From contig NC_135252.1 of NCBI RefSeq assembly GCF_964204865.1, positions 10,850,001-10,914,000 on the forward strand: a stretch of DNA of 64,000 nt, read 5' to 3'. Position 1 is the first letter of the stretch. Each line of letters starts with the position of its first letter. This DNA is from Styela clava. Its lineage: Eukaryota. Below, piece by piece: positions 48,701 through 62,482 of this stretch. Made by a program: the position numbers and the translations under genes. The notes below the pieces were generated by a model that ran no database searches, had not been told where the DNA came from, and was given only the letters and a program-made list of their open reading frames with translations.

Positions 48701-51700
48701 TAACAGGGGTGTGCAACATGCGTCCAGCGGGCCACAAACCGGCCCGCAAGCCATTTTGTGGGGCTCGTGTCAACACTCCCATCTCCATATTTTCCCCATC
48801 AAGCAAAAAATCCTAATCCGACAGTTTATGTTTAAAAATGCACTCACACAGGGAAAAAAACATACTGTCGCTGACTTAAATCTTTCGCCGTTTTGCCTGG
48901 TTGGTGACTTTATTACTAGAAGGGTAAGCGATAGCTGTATTCTCTTTTCTTGCCTTTTTCGCGGTGCTCTGGTTGTCATTCATTTTTTAATTTGTTTTGT
49001 ACGGGGAAAAACTAATTTTTTTGTGTGGGCCAGCTAGATGTCTGAAGTTGGTTATATGGCCCTCAAACATAAAATTGCTGCACACCGCTGGTCTATAATA
49101 TTACTGGGTATGACCAGAAATATATTTCATAGAGTGAAGATGCTCTTTAATTACTCATAATGTTTGGACACTTTATTACTTATGACTAGGAACATTGAGC
49201 TTTATATTTTTCGATTGACCCATGTGTTTTTTTACAATGGGCTATTTATTTGATCATTTTTTTTTATATACGGGGTGTCCAAAAATTTCCCCCAATCTCA
49301 TAGTAATAACAATTAAAAAGTTCGCCCATCTTATAGTAATAATTCCTCCAGATCTAACAGCAAAAACAATTGGAAATTTTGCACGATTTTATAGTAATAA
49401 CGATTGTAAATTTAAATATATTTTATTGTATGATAAATGAGAACTACAAGCACAATCAGAACTATTAATAAACAAAGACAAAGAAAATTTTAATTGCTAA
49501 ATCGGGGATTTTTTGGACACCCTGTATTAATCTTATTCTGTAATCTTCAATCGTTTTGGTTTCTATTCAGAAATATGTGAAGCCTTGAAACATCATTCTT
49601 CATTGACTCATTTGAATTACACAGGATGTGGTCTTACATGCAAAAGTGCTGAAGCTGTAGCCAAATTGATAAAGGTTTATTTCAAGTCTATATTGTCATT
49701 TTCTAATTTGAATTATAGATCCAAACAGATCTCATTTAGAGGATTTATGGTGTGATATTGAATGAACAAATTAAAAATAATTCAAGTGGATTCAAATGCA
49801 TAAAAATATTTTAAAATTTTGTTATATTTCATTTTTTACCATTCTGAGCCATGTAGAAGCTGAGGATATATATGTCTGTATTCCATAGTTGGTAGCTAGA
49901 GATGTTTCACTGAGGATGCTGGGTTCGACTCAAAATTGCTCTTTTGCTCATAGGTGAAATTTGTACTCAATTTCATTTGTATTTCCTGCCTTTGCTATTA
50001 TAAAGCATTCTGGAATACTGAATTGAATGCTTATCAAACCTTTTTATGATGACACAAATACCAAAAATTGGAAATTGGCAATTAAAATAGATTTTGAATT
50101 GCTGTTGTAAACAGGAAAAAAAGGGAAAACTATCTATCACCCAATAGGCATCAACATAACATATTCATGTTCTAGTTCCAAATTTAATCAAGAGACTCGT
50201 TTTCATTGTGTAATCTTATTTTTAAGGCAACAGAATCACATATTAGTTTAGGTTTATTTTTTGTTTTGGATCTACATGGTACACTGTTTAAGCTACACTG
50301 GTTTGGGCATGTTTAATTTAGACTAAATCTGACTGATTCTTATAGCATCAATCTACTGAAAGACATAGTGAAGCTTGGATTGACAGCTTACGATATAGAC
50401 AACCAAACTTGAATAGCATGACTGGACTCCGAAGAATAACTTTAAATCACAACCCTATGATTGGAGATGAAGGTGTTCGTTTAATAGCAGAGGCTCTCAA
50501 GGATGACTTATGGCTAAAAGGTTGGAATTATTGTGTAATATTAATTAATGTCCATTCTGCACTGACGTCTTAGCTGAAATAAAGTTGAATGCTCCGCCAA
50601 CTCACACTTAGACCATTCATTCTTATCCACTATGGCAGTGATCTCCAACCTTTTTCAATTATTCCACCTTCGATAGCGATAAATGTTCCATTTCCATCAC
50701 TTATTCAATTCTCAAAGGCTTCCTCAAAGATATATACAGGCTTTTGTATGATTGAATAATTTGAAATGTGTGCATGAATGAGTAGACTTACATTAATAGG
50801 TACTCCTGAAGTATGCGCACCAAGATGTCGCATTATCTGAACCCTCCCCTGGTACACAACTTGAGTTCTGGGTTGTGCGCCGTCTTGGTGTGGTGCGCAT
50901 ACTTCAGAGGTCCCATTAATACTAAATAATATTAGTAAAACTACTTTTAAAACAACCAAATTGTTTTCTGGGGGGAATTCCTTCTCGGTTGAGAAAAGCT
51001 GAACTATGGTATGCACCTGAATTGGTCTGATTGATTCAATTATTCTCGTGTCTGGAATGGACTGACATTTTGATTTTTTTAAGATAAGCATCCTTAGTTG
51101 GACAAATGATTCCTGTTTGGATCAGTCAGGGAGTATAGTGGTTAAAGATCTAGATATTAGAAGTTGTTACTTACTAATGGTGGTATATCTTGTGCATGAA
51201 ATATAATTTAATATAGGTACATATGATTTGCCTGAATCAGTGTACATCAATACCATACCCTGAACTTACCTGATCTATTTTCTCATTTTTATTCTTTGTA
51301 TAGTTATTGTAGGCTTATCTCTAAGAAAGAATCAATCTTTTGTTTGTTGTTTATAACTCTATCTTTCTATTTACAGCCGTTGACCTTCAAAACTGTGGAA
51401 TTGGTAGGGATGGTGCAAACGTTTTGATTGAGACTTTGAATCAGAATAAAACATTACTTGTGCTTGATGTCAGATTCAATCCATTGATAGGTAATTTTAA
51501 TGTTGTACTGAAATGAATGATCTGCTCGAATTTCACTGAAATTCATTGAAGTTTAATATAAAATTGCCACGAATTGTCAAAGAAGTTTTCTTGTCCTGCC
51601 TCAGTACAACAAGATTGCTCGATTTACTGGCAGGGAAATGCCATACATATAGCCAGAGGCTTAGTATTGGTATCCAAATTGAATGAATAATCAACTAACC

Positions 51701-54700
51701 AGGGTTTTAAAATATGGGTTTCAATTGCTGTGAAGTTGTGAGGCATAAGACATTGCATATCTATGTACATTTTTCGGCGATCCCGTAGTATGTGCACCAA
51801 GATGGTGCACAACCTGAACCCCAACCTGGTACACATACTATGTTCTGGTTGTGCGCCATCTTGGTGCACATACCACGGGAGCACCCATTTTTCATAGGGT
51901 GTTTTCTAGTTTACAATTGAGTGGTTTCCTACTGTATAGATCGTATGAAATTCCTATTTAGTTTTTTTTTAATAAGGTACTCTAATTGTTGATCCAATCA
52001 CAGTACTTTGTCAAAGTTTTCACAAATAATTTTGTCTATATCTGTTTGTTGAATACATTCTTTCAATTGAATATATATTTCATTATTACTCTTCAGACAG
52101 AAGCCTCTTACATACTGTGATCGGTCAAGTTTTGATCAACTCAAATGGATACGATGACAAAGAGGCAAGTCATCATTGGATTTGATATTATTTTGAATCT
52201 GTTACTGTTTTCCTAAAACTCATTTCCTCTATTAGTTGAACTGGTTTGCATCCATAAATATTGTTCAGTATTGGCCACTGCTATAGTTTTCAGGTTTAAT
52301 ATTATTTCAGTGTGGTTGTAAGCAGTGGTTCAATTTTTTGTCAGCCGGTTCCATCACAAAAGTCATATTTTTCACCAGGTTCTGTTAAAAAAGTCATTGA
52401 GAGTAACCAGTAATGCTAACCGGTTCGCTGATCTCATAAAATCACGTGAGACGGTTCTATAGAACCGTCTGAATCCCACCACTGGTTGTAAGTATTGAAA
52501 ATACCTAGCCCCATACATAGTAAGGCAGAGGGACATTTTAGAAGACCTGACATATTAATTGATAATCGTATAATTGTAAGAAATTATTTTAATATCTTTA
52601 TCTTACAAAGTAAACAAATTCATTTGCATTTCCAAAATGCCATTTTCTAATATTTTTTCACATATCCAATAATATATTGCTATGAATCCAATCGTGCCAT
52701 AGATTTTTCCCAGGAATTAAGATTTTGTGGCAATCGTGGTGTTTTGGATAGTCATTCAAAAAAATACTCAATAATTCTGCGTTGCAGATTTTTTACCATC
52801 AGTAATACACGTTTGATAATCTCTATACTTACGGTATTAATTTCAGTTTCCCTGGATTAAGTCTGAACCACCCAAAGATCCATATCGTACAAGGCCTAGA
52901 AGAAGATTCAAACAGATAGGAAATACATATGGAAGGAAAACCAGTATAAGATCAGGTAGATCAATCGCAATTTCGTATCAACTATCAATAAAATGTTGCA
53001 TAATTTTCACTTAGTGTTAAATATGGTGTTCAGTTAGATATGATAATTGTATATAAACTGTAGTCAGCGTAAGAAAACTCTGAACAGTTGATTGCAGGGT
53101 AAATCGTGATCTTTATATTTTTATTCATAAGATAAAAACTGTTTTTATGCAGGTCTCTACTTATAAATTATCATTATCACCATACATTTATTGGATCAAA
53201 ATAACAATTTTCTAAATCAAACATGAGTCACATGACTCCTTCTAATTATGTCAGCATAGACCTATTTTTCAGATATTTTTTTGAGGGTTTTTTACTTTTG
53301 TTTTATAATTTTCTTTAAAAAAACAAACCAATATTATCAGCTCCCAGGCAATCCGCCAGAAGTGGTCGAAGTCAAGCAAGCCCAAGTCATAATCATCCTG
53401 GTGATGAAGGGTTCGTGCCATGGAGAACAGCATACAGAGCATCTCAGTATAAAAGGTATAATGAGAAGTCATTTGTGAAACTCAGTAGTTTAAAAGTCTT
53501 GCTTCGCATTTTGTACATTATTCACCATTTATATACACAAAGTCAACCAACGGTGAAGTGTTTCAAGTTCATTCATTCATAAATCTTTTAGGGATTGTCC
53601 ATTTTTGCTGAGTGAATTACTCATGTCATATTGTCTGATATGCTTCTCTATGATGTATCGCAAATTCTCTATCAAATCATTTTTTGTATTTACGACCAGT
53701 GATAGATGTTTTTCCATTTTTGTAATAAAAGTCTATGCGGAGAGCCAATATCCAAAAAACTGACCTTCATTTTGTGTGCTTTTTTATCTGAATATGTTGA
53801 TAGTCCTTGTTAGCTTATATTTTTTCTTTTCCTTAATTGTATTATTTGATCTCACCTACAGTTAAATGCTTACATGTTTAGAACATACACCGACAATGAG
53901 CAGATTGGAACACCAAGATATTTACAGAATCCAGAGGTAAGAATAACTGCCCGATGACAAACTTTATTAAATTTGTCATTTTTGATGTATTATTTATTGA
54001 TAAATCATTATAACTTGTCCGAATGCTAAAAAGACATTTTAATACGAAAACCATAAAAACAATATCTCGACTTAGTATAAATTGATGAATTCATTGGCTT
54101 TATTCTTCCTGTTAGATAACTAATTCACCTGAAGCTACAATACAAGTCGGGAACCAAGAACAATCAAGTGATGATGATGACTATGAGACAACCCATGAGC
54201 AAACCCCTAGAATGAAAAAAAGTTTATCCCGTTCTCGCCGCCATGTTTCTCCCGATAATATGGCGTCTCCATCTAAAGCGTATAACAATGTCATTAGGGA
54301 GCTCAAGGTAATTTTTAGAATGTAATGTTTAATATATATATAATATTACGTGTTAAAAAATGTTATGTTGCCACTTGTTTTGCGATTATTTCATTCACTT
54401 ATTACTTGAAAAAAAATTAAAGCTGTAAGTAGCTGCTCAGCTACATAAGTTAACTGTGTTTGAAAGAAATAAATTACTCTGAATGATAAAGTGGGGCTTC
54501 CATTTAGTGAAATTTGATTCAGGGCAGTTTTACCAAAACTTACAAGGTATTGACAATTTGAATTAAGCATGCTGGTCAATTATTTGATTCCTAGTTAATT
54601 TTAAAATTTTGATGTTCACACATAAACATTATTCAGACATTTTAAAGTTTGAATATAATTTTCAAAATAATGGGATGGTTTTTTTTTGCAAATAGAATTT

Positions 54701-57674
54701 GTCGAGATTTCACGATTAATATTATAGAGTTTTAGACAATCAAAATAGCATAATAAACAAATTATTCAATAAACAAAATTCCATTTATCCGAATACAGAT
54801 TGAACTTTTTGAGGCTCGTAAAACTGTTGCAGAAGAGAGGAAGGCTCGTCGTATAGCAGATCAACATGCAACAAATTTAGAAGTATATTTGTTTATTTTT
54901 TTCTCAGTTTTATAAAAAATGATTATGAATAACTTTCAAAAAAGACTAATTTAGGAGATATTTTTTGAGAATGCTACTTTATTGATAAAAATAATAAGAT
55001 ATGGTATATGTGATAAAAATACAAACATGAAATGAAATATTACAAACATGATTTTCAATGGTAGAAGCTTTTTTGGCATGACGACCAAAAATTTTTGTAT
55101 GTATGTACAGTGGAAACTCTACCTACGAACGGCTCTGGATACGACAATATCCAACTTACGAAAATTCTTTACGTAAAATATTGCTTCGGCTAACGTAAGA
55201 TTTTCTACATACGAAAGGCTGAATACTGAAAACTTAAACGTGTGCAATGATATTTGCTCATTTTAGGTCAATTTAATCCACGGATGTCCAATTCAAATTT
55301 AATATTAAAATATCGCGACCTTCCAATATTGTTTTTTCATGTTTATAAGAATATCGAATAGGGCCCCGTCCAGCCGGCACGAAAGGATTTTAAAGAGCGC
55401 CGACATGAAGTGCTCGTAGGCCGTCGAGGGCGTTTTTGATTAAAAATGTTTTACAATTATTTTACGTACAGGTATATTTCAATTTAGTTTGTGCAACCTC
55501 GGCAATAATTCTAAAAGCAAATTGTGTGGTAATTATTTGTTTTTCATCCTCAGTTTCAATAGTGACCCAACATAACAGAATTTTTATTCATTTTTTGTAA
55601 TTTAGAGCATATAAAATAGCTGCTAAATATTATTTAGTATCTATACCGGATTTTAGCATTATCCCGACGTCGATAATGACAATATTGTTCAGTTTGAGTT
55701 GGCGGTATTGATTTATAAGCAAAAATAAAACCATAACAGCCGACATGAAATATTTAAATAAGCGCCGACTAGAAAAATACTAAAGTACTTTTCCCGTCTT
55801 AATTCTTCATCATTGGCGATTACTGTATTATAATTCATACAAATATAATGTTCAAGTTTTGTGTGGTCTTGGAACGGATTAGGGCATTTACATGTAAAAT
55901 GTGTTCCTACTTAAGGACTTTTTACCTAAGAAGGGGCCATAGAACGGATTAATTTCGCAGGTAGATATTCTACTGTATATAGAATTTAAATATTAATATA
56001 ATATATATACTACATAATTACAGTAGAGCGTAATGAATTTGGATTGGGAAACCACTGGAACTGCATCTTCTTTTTTCGTAGATTGAAAATGTTAGATTAA
56101 AAAGAGAACTAGAAGAAAGAAATGAAGTTGATGGAATTCGTTCATCATTGGATGATGATGTTCTCCTGGAAAGTATAGAAACTTCCTTCAACAAATTTCA
56201 TGATTTTCTTGACCTACTGAAGCAATTAGGGTGAGTTGATTAAATGCCTAATTTTATTTGCGATGCATTCTTTATGAGAAAATTTTTATATAATGTATAT
56301 GTCGTTGTTCCTATCTCAATATTGAATCTAATGCTGAATGTTAATTCTGTTAGCCCTCATTTCATTGCATGGTCTTGGACAGAGGTTTGACCTTTCTTTT
56401 GGTAAGTAATGCAACGTATAGAACGAAATATAAATCTTGTGCTTCAAAATCACTTCTATAGATCATATGTTCGACACTACTAATGTTATTAGAATCTACA
56501 CTTACTAATATAAATGATTATGATACTTCACAGTAAGCAAATTGTGGTGAAATATTCTCTAAATATTATTTTTATATTGTTGCAGGTTGGGAGGTCTAGT
56601 TGCATATGCTGGAATGAGCGATATATCTTTTCCTCTTGGTGATAATCATGCTCCTCTTGGTGACAATCAGGATAAGGGGAGGGAAAAATTGCATAAAGCA
56701 GAGATGCAGAAAGTTAAAACTCCATCAATTTCAGAAGAACGTAGCAAACATTCAACCAAGGTATCTTGCTCTGATGTGCCAAATTGGCAATGTTGAATTT
56801 GGTAGAATGTTCTTGATAAGCTCAAAAGAAATATTAAATTTTTAATTGTGGTTTTAGGAATCATCAAGGCACACAAGCCAAGGAACAGATGTTTCAGAAC
56901 ATGATGATGTAAATTATCCACCTCCAATAACAATACACAGTCAATCTACAAAGGGCGAAGAAGAAGCAACAGGGAGCCTACAGGTAATAAAATAACTATA
57001 CTATTCTTGATCAATTTTAATATGTAATTTGGGCTTTATGGACACATTGACACAGTCTTCTAGAGTTTCTATGATTATGCTATTTATATTTATTATGTAT
57101 TTTTTGAATTCTGCACTAAATTTTTCAGTATCCAAACTTTCACCTGAATTTTCTGTTTTTTTTTCTGTTACAAAACTAATGTTTCATGGCTACTGTGGCC
57201 ACTCTAGCTTTCGGTTCAAATATTTCCATATGTTCATATTTGGAAGGAGAGTAAGTAACTCATTTTAGGCGAGAGTTGTATGTTTCTATCTCAATCCTGT
57301 AAGTGGAGAGTATTATGTGAAATGCTTTTCTCTCATGATCAACGAGTGTTTTACTTTTTGGTGACAGTTTATTGCTGCCACCACCATTGCATTATGAATG
57401 TTCAGCTGGTTCGATGCAACTGGGCATGAAGCTCCCTATTAATGCATAGCTAAAATCCTAACTACTGTCTTCTATCAAGGATAAATATGTTATTCATATT
57501 ATGTTCCATCATATTTTGTAAAGTTCATTTTGTTCGGAAAGTCTGTTTACTCAATAAGCTTAATAATGATTTAGAATCCGTGGTTCTTTTTAGTGTGCTG
57601 GTGATGCTGGTTTGGTTCACAAACCACAAAGTCGTCATGCAGAAACCAGTGATCTTTCTCTACCCAATATGTAG
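45728..57674 (+). CDS. CEP78: Centrosomal protein of 78 kDa, 17 predicted coding exons
   Basis: Exons 45728-45841, 46912-47059, 47853-48028, 48469-48541, 49571-49674, 50346-50520, 51377-51490, 52097-52164, 52847-52955, 53341-53455, 53882-53936, 54116-54307, 54799-54882, 56082-56230, 56586-56760, 56858-56983, 57594-57674 join in frame; motifs DFETHYSSLCSLQDTVPL, RLVDWSPVLNSLRINKNL, SLRYRQPNL..MTGLRRITLN, GFVPWRTA, SIETSFNKFHDFLDLLK match CEP78. Last two exons less certain. Confidence 0.95.
48704..49090. mobile_element. hAT MITE in CEP78 intron 4
   Basis: TIR CAGGGGTGTGCAAC / GCTGCACACCGCTG; perfect 8-bp TSD GTCTATAA (48696-48703, 49091-49098). Confidence 0.93.
49271..49524. mobile_element. 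Tc1/mariner-type MITE
   Basis: TA-CGGGGTGTCCAAAAATTTCCCC ... GGGGATTTTTTGGACACCCTG-TA. Confidence 0.9.
50799..50913. mobile_element. 115-bp palindromic MITE (Merlin-like), copy 1
   Basis: GG..CC ends, arms CTGAAGTATGCGCACCA / TGGTGCGCATACTTCAG, 8-bp TSD CATTAATA. Confidence 0.85.
51776..51885. mobile_element. 110-bp palindromic MITE (Merlin-like), copy 2
   Basis: GG..CC ends, arms GTATGTGCACCAAGATGG / CCATCTTGGTGCACATAC, 8-bp TSD CATTTTTC. Confidence 0.88.
52323..52484. mobile_element. 162-bp hAT-type MITE
   Basis: CAGTGG...CCACTG ends, perfect 8-bp TSD GTTGTAAG, internal palindrome AGACGGTTCTATAGAACCGTCT. Confidence 0.88.
55108..55975. mobile_element. Tigger/pogo-like non-autonomous element
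   Basis: TA-CAGTGGAAACTCTACCTACGAA ... TTCGCAGGTAGATATTCTACTG-TA. Confidence 0.85.
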
Positions 57675-58329
57675 CCGGAAAAATTCAGTCAGGTCATGAA
57701 TATGGAGAGTAGAGTGCAACACACACGGAGTCTTTTTTTAGGAACTAGCACATGAAATGCATAGATAAACAGTGATGGTGTTTATTAAAAATTTTAAATA
57801 TTGTAACTTGATACTTCGTAGCATATGATATCTTTTATTTTGCAATGTGAATGATCATTTTTACACTTAACTGTGTAACCTTTCAATAAATATTGAAACT
57901 GTGATTTATCATTATACTGGACTGGTAGTATATATGCTATTTAGCAAAAATATTGATATGCTTCGATTGATTAGCAATTTTTATGCTTTATAGATGAATC
58001 TTTTTTCAAAGTCTTGAATAACATTTAATGGACATTTTTGATATGGATAATGCAACTTCAAGAATTGCTGTTGTTGTATCATTTGTCACATTCAATCAAA
58101 ATTTGACGCGGTTTGGTTGGTTTTATTTTGATCAGCTTTATTATTTTCTTGAAATTAGGGTCAAAATTATGCTAAACATCAGCAGTTCTTATATATTTTT
58201 AATATTTTAGTTCACTGTATTCTTTATAAATATTGACCATTTTTATCAAATATATATAGATTGGTAAAGGTGTCTTCGGATGTTAGAAATGGATTACAGT
58301 AAGGTTAAAAATCACAGGGAATGTTCAAA

Positions 58330-58876
58330 CAGGGAATTTCCAAACTTTTTGTTCGTTCGCGCCAAATTACCAGGGAAAATACTCATGGCGCACTTCAACG
58401 AAACAAAATTGCTGCCTTTAAATAAAACCCAATTTTGTGATCGTTAATGTGTACTTCATGCCTTTTAAAGTTAGTAAACATGTAGGCATAAGGACTAAAG
58501 ACAAACGGTCAACTTCTCTTCCTCCTCTCCGCCTGATTTTCCTTTAAAATACTAAAAAAATCACTAATGCTCACTGAACTCTGTTCGGTAAATAAATAAA
58601 TTGCAGCAACTACGTTACGTCCCCAGAGTTAATCACTACCTAACAGAAAGTAAACGAAATAAAACGGTGAAATGATTTGATTGATCCATATACGCAGCAT
58701 TCAAAGTAAGAAACAATCAAACAATTAAAATAAATGCAATATGTAAAATATTCAATCACATATTAGTTAAGTTTAACCGTAAATATATACTACTACGGTT
58801 TAACTGTAAATGAAGAACACAATTCTGTTAGTTTTCGGGGAGCACTTCGAATCGACGCCCACTTTGGGAGCCGCCG
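58330..58876. mobile_element. Decayed hAT-type MITE
   Basis: CAGGGAATTTCCAAACTTTTT start and CACTTTGGGAGCCGCCG end resemble hAT TIRs; no clean TSD. Confidence 0.45.
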
Positions 58877-59317
58877 ACTTGACTGACACTGTGATTAGAT
58901 TAAGATTATCTTTATGGCGTTATGCACAACAATGTTCAGTCTGAACTTTTTCTACTTAAACGGATGCACATTCAATAATCGACCCATCTTCAATATATTT
59001 TTATCGACAACCGAGATGAATATGACTTTGTTATGTGACATTTTTTAATTCTCTGTTGACCAGGAGAAATTATTCTGAAATGTATAGTAAAACCAGAGCC
59101 GTTATATAATGACTTTGGTTAAACTGCGACAGATCAAAAGCGACAGCGAAAGTTTTGAGATTGAGAGAATTTTGATAATAAAGTGTATACACAAGCGGCG
59201 CTAGAAGGAGAATGGCGTCCCTTGTTACCATGTCCATGAGATTTGAGTCTAATGTCGTATTTGATTTCATGGTTGTAAAATCATTGTGACTTTAGGGAGT
59301 AAAAATGCAAGTGGCTG

Positions 59318-60130
59318 ATGGACGATGATGTAGAGTTGTTGATCGAAAAGGTTAAAATACGGAAATATCACTGTTTAAACGTCAGTCACCGTGGGCTTAC
59401 GTTTTTACCACAAAACTTCAATGAAATTGAGAATCTGAAAATTCTTTTATTGAATGACAACAGATTGGTGCTACCACCGGTGGAGTTACTGTCGTTGTGT
59501 TCTTGCTTGGAAGAGCTGGTGTTGGACAACAATAACTTTACTCTTTTACCAAGTGGAATTGGGAAGTTCAAAGCATTAACTATACTCAGTGCAAATCATA
59601 CGTCTCTTGGGGCATTGAATCCAGAAATTGGGGAGTTAATCAGTTTGAAAGAACTTTGGTTAAATGATTGTTCATTGTTTACAATACCAAAAGAAATTGG
59701 ACGTTTGAAAAGACTTACAAAATTAGGTCTGAGGTGTAATAAGTTAGAAGTTATTCCCAAAGAAATTGGAAAATTAAAATTGCTCAGATGGGTATCTTTT
59801 GCAGAAAACAATCTTTTCACAGTTCCAAAAGAACTTAATCAATTACAAGAATTAAGATATGCAAGCTTCAGTGGCAATAGATTACAAAAAATTCCTGATC
59901 CTTTGCTTAACATATCAAATTTACGAGTAGTGTTGTTATCAAACAACAAAATTGAAAATGTAAGTGATGATGTTTTGCTCAGTTTTGCGTCAATGGTAAA
60001 AGTTGATCTGAGACATAATCCTATGATAAAAAAGCCTGATCACTGGAAAGGAATGGATTTTATTCTAGTTGGACATGAATTACAGCAGAAAGATGAAAAT
60101 GTTTTTGATTCAATGTCTGGTATGAGTTGA
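59318..60130 (+). CDS. Intracellular leucine-rich-repeat-only protein, intronless CDS
   Basis: 270 aa with about nine 23-aa repeats LxxLxLxxNxLxxIPxEIGxL; no signal peptide or other domain evident; ortholog not assignable by eye. Confidence 0.9.
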   Translation: MDDDVELLIEKVKIRKYHCLNVSHRGLTFLPQNFNEIENLKILLLNDNRLVLPPVELLSLCSCLEELVLDNNNFTLLPSGIGKFKALTILSANHTSLGALNPEIGELISLKELWLNDCSLFTIPKEIGRLKRLTKLGLRCNKLEVIPKEIGKLKLLRWVSFAENNLFTVPKELNQLQELRYASFSGNRLQKIPDPLLNISNLRVVLLSNNKIENVSDDVLLSFASMVKVDLRHNPMIKKPDHWKGMDFILVGHELQQKDENVFDSMSGMS

Positions 60131-60989
60131 CTTGACCTCACCATATGACCTCCTCCGTTGTTTGCTGTTGTAAACACAAATGAGATTTTCATTATTAAGA
60201 TAATCATTGTAATTTTTGTTGAAAACAAATTTTGCATCATTTTAGTATTTGGTCTATATATGGGAATTACTCTTTGTAAGAATTTTCAAATCTGCTGGAA
60301 TTTACTGCTTCTATATTCATTGCCTTCCCTTTCTAGGCTGGAAATATCTGTTCCGTCTGATGTCTGTCCTATGACAAATGTTTCACTTTATGTGCTTTAA
60401 ACTACAATTTTGATCTCAATCTTTGCATACATATGACATTCAAAGGTATTATTTGAAGCATTCCTTGATAGACAATAGTTACTGTGATGTGCCAAATTAT
60501 GTTTGAATATTTTATTTTTTAAGAAGGGTTTGTAGATGACAAACAAATTATACTCTAATTGCGTGAGAAATATTAAATTTCTTCAAATGTCTTGCATTCT
60601 TTAACATGCTACTTTCGGCTACTTCATACACTACTTTAGTTGAAATTCGAAAATTATATCCAAACTATAAAACGTTTTGTGCGTGGAAGATTATATAGTC
60701 TTCATAAATAAATTTCTGATCATTTTAAGGGGGTCCGTACGAATACACTAGAAAATTAGGATATAAAAATATGAGAAAATTTTACATACCATGAAAACTT
60801 TTTATTTAGGATAGTAAGTTTGATATATATATATAGATCATATACGGTATATATATAGCCAACCTTTATATCCTAATTCTTGCAGAAAAGAAATAGAGAT
60901 CACATGATGGATATTGTTTATTATAATGTTTAGGAAGTGTAGTTAGTGATTGAGACTATGCTTGTGAATTATAGAAATAACAACATGCT

Positions 60990-62482
60990 CTAAAAATATT
61001 CTATTGGAGAATCTTTAGTCTGATCTTTTTGCAGATTTGAAAGGGTGGCTTTCCCTTCGAGTGATTTAAAGATCCTCAACACAATGTAGTCTTTTTCTCC
61101 ACTTCCAACTTGAACCTGTCAGTGGAATTGAATCCATGATATAATTTCAAATTATTTTTTTGTATGCAAAATATGTCTGACTTGTATTCATCAAAAAATG
61201 CTATCGTGCCAAATCACTATTTAAGTATTTATTGCCTAAGGAGCTTTGTTCATGTCAACAAAATTGTAAATGTTTCATTAGGAGAATTCCTATGTGAGAT
61301 TTCCAACATTAGGCCACTAATCAAAATTTTTAATTTTCAATGTTTATTGATAATTTGATCAAATTAGGAATGGGTTGGGATAGTTTTAGAAAATATCGAA
61401 AAATTTTACCTTGACAAAATAGTTCATCCCAGCCACAACTTGAGTTTTATATGCAATTGGTGTGAATGTTTCATATTTAATTCCAGCTTCTTCAATAGCT
61501 GCATCTTTCACCTGAATATAAAAAATTGACTGATTTTAGAGTTTCATTTATTTTCTATTTAGTTAATTTTTGTAGGAAAATGATTTAAATATTTGTTCAG
61601 AATCTTTAACAATTTTTATGTGATATTTTTCTCAGTCTAACTCAAATTAGGCTTTGGAGAAGAGGTCGGTCCCTCATGAGTAAGAACAGCAAAAAAGTTT
61701 TTTTATCAAAATCTTACCGAATATGGTACACCCTGATTGAGAAGGACCCTCGGTTTGGCGATTGGACAAGCTAGGGCAGGGAGTCCAAAATCCGTGTTTT
61801 AAGAATTAAACGTAGTTAGGCCAATATGTTGGATAATTCTACGTCACCACTGTATTTTCTCTATATTCAAGTGCTTTTGTGAAACTTATAAACATATAAT
61901 TGATACAGTATTACGAGCAATACTGAAACAAAAATTAATATTGCATTTGATACATTCAATTTATTTATATAACCTTCATCTGGATTCTGGATTATTAATT
62001 AAAATTAGTAAGGCACAACTCACAAAAGGTTCATTCAGGCTTCGCTATATTGATTACTAATAATTTGGGGTTAGCAATCTGGAATGTTTTATCCAATGTG
62101 TTCATAAAGTTATAAGAATTTTTAAAATTGCAAGGGAAGTTTATTGATACTATAATATATTGTTTTGGCCCTCACAGATGTATTAATTGAAGTAAAAATA
62201 CTGATTACTGAACAATTAATTACTGATTAAAAAGCAACAAACCTGGTTAAGATATACTGAGAACTGCCTTTATAACAAAATTGAAATTGTAAAGGGACTT
62301 TCTGTATAACAAAATTAATATGCCGTGCTGAAAAATGATACTTTGTTTTTGTTCATAACAATATAATGTCCTTTATATAAATAATTTAATAATGTTAGAT
62401 TTCTTACCGATTCACATAATTTCTTGACTTCTTCATCTGCAACATGCTCAACTGACAATCCTCCAACTTCTGTTTGCTCCAT
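60990..62482 (-). CDS. Stefin / cystatin-B-like cysteine protease inhibitor, 3 exons, 100 aa (missed by ORF track)
   Basis: Exons 62482-62408 MEQTEVGGLSVEHVADEEVKKLCES, 61511-61410 VKDAAIEEAGIKYETFTPIAYKTQVVAGMNYFVK, 61115-60990 VQVGSGEKDYIVLRIFKSLEGKATLSNLQKDQTKDSPIEYF*; N-terminal GG, QVVAG, terminal YF, GT-AG phase 0. Confidence 0.95.
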
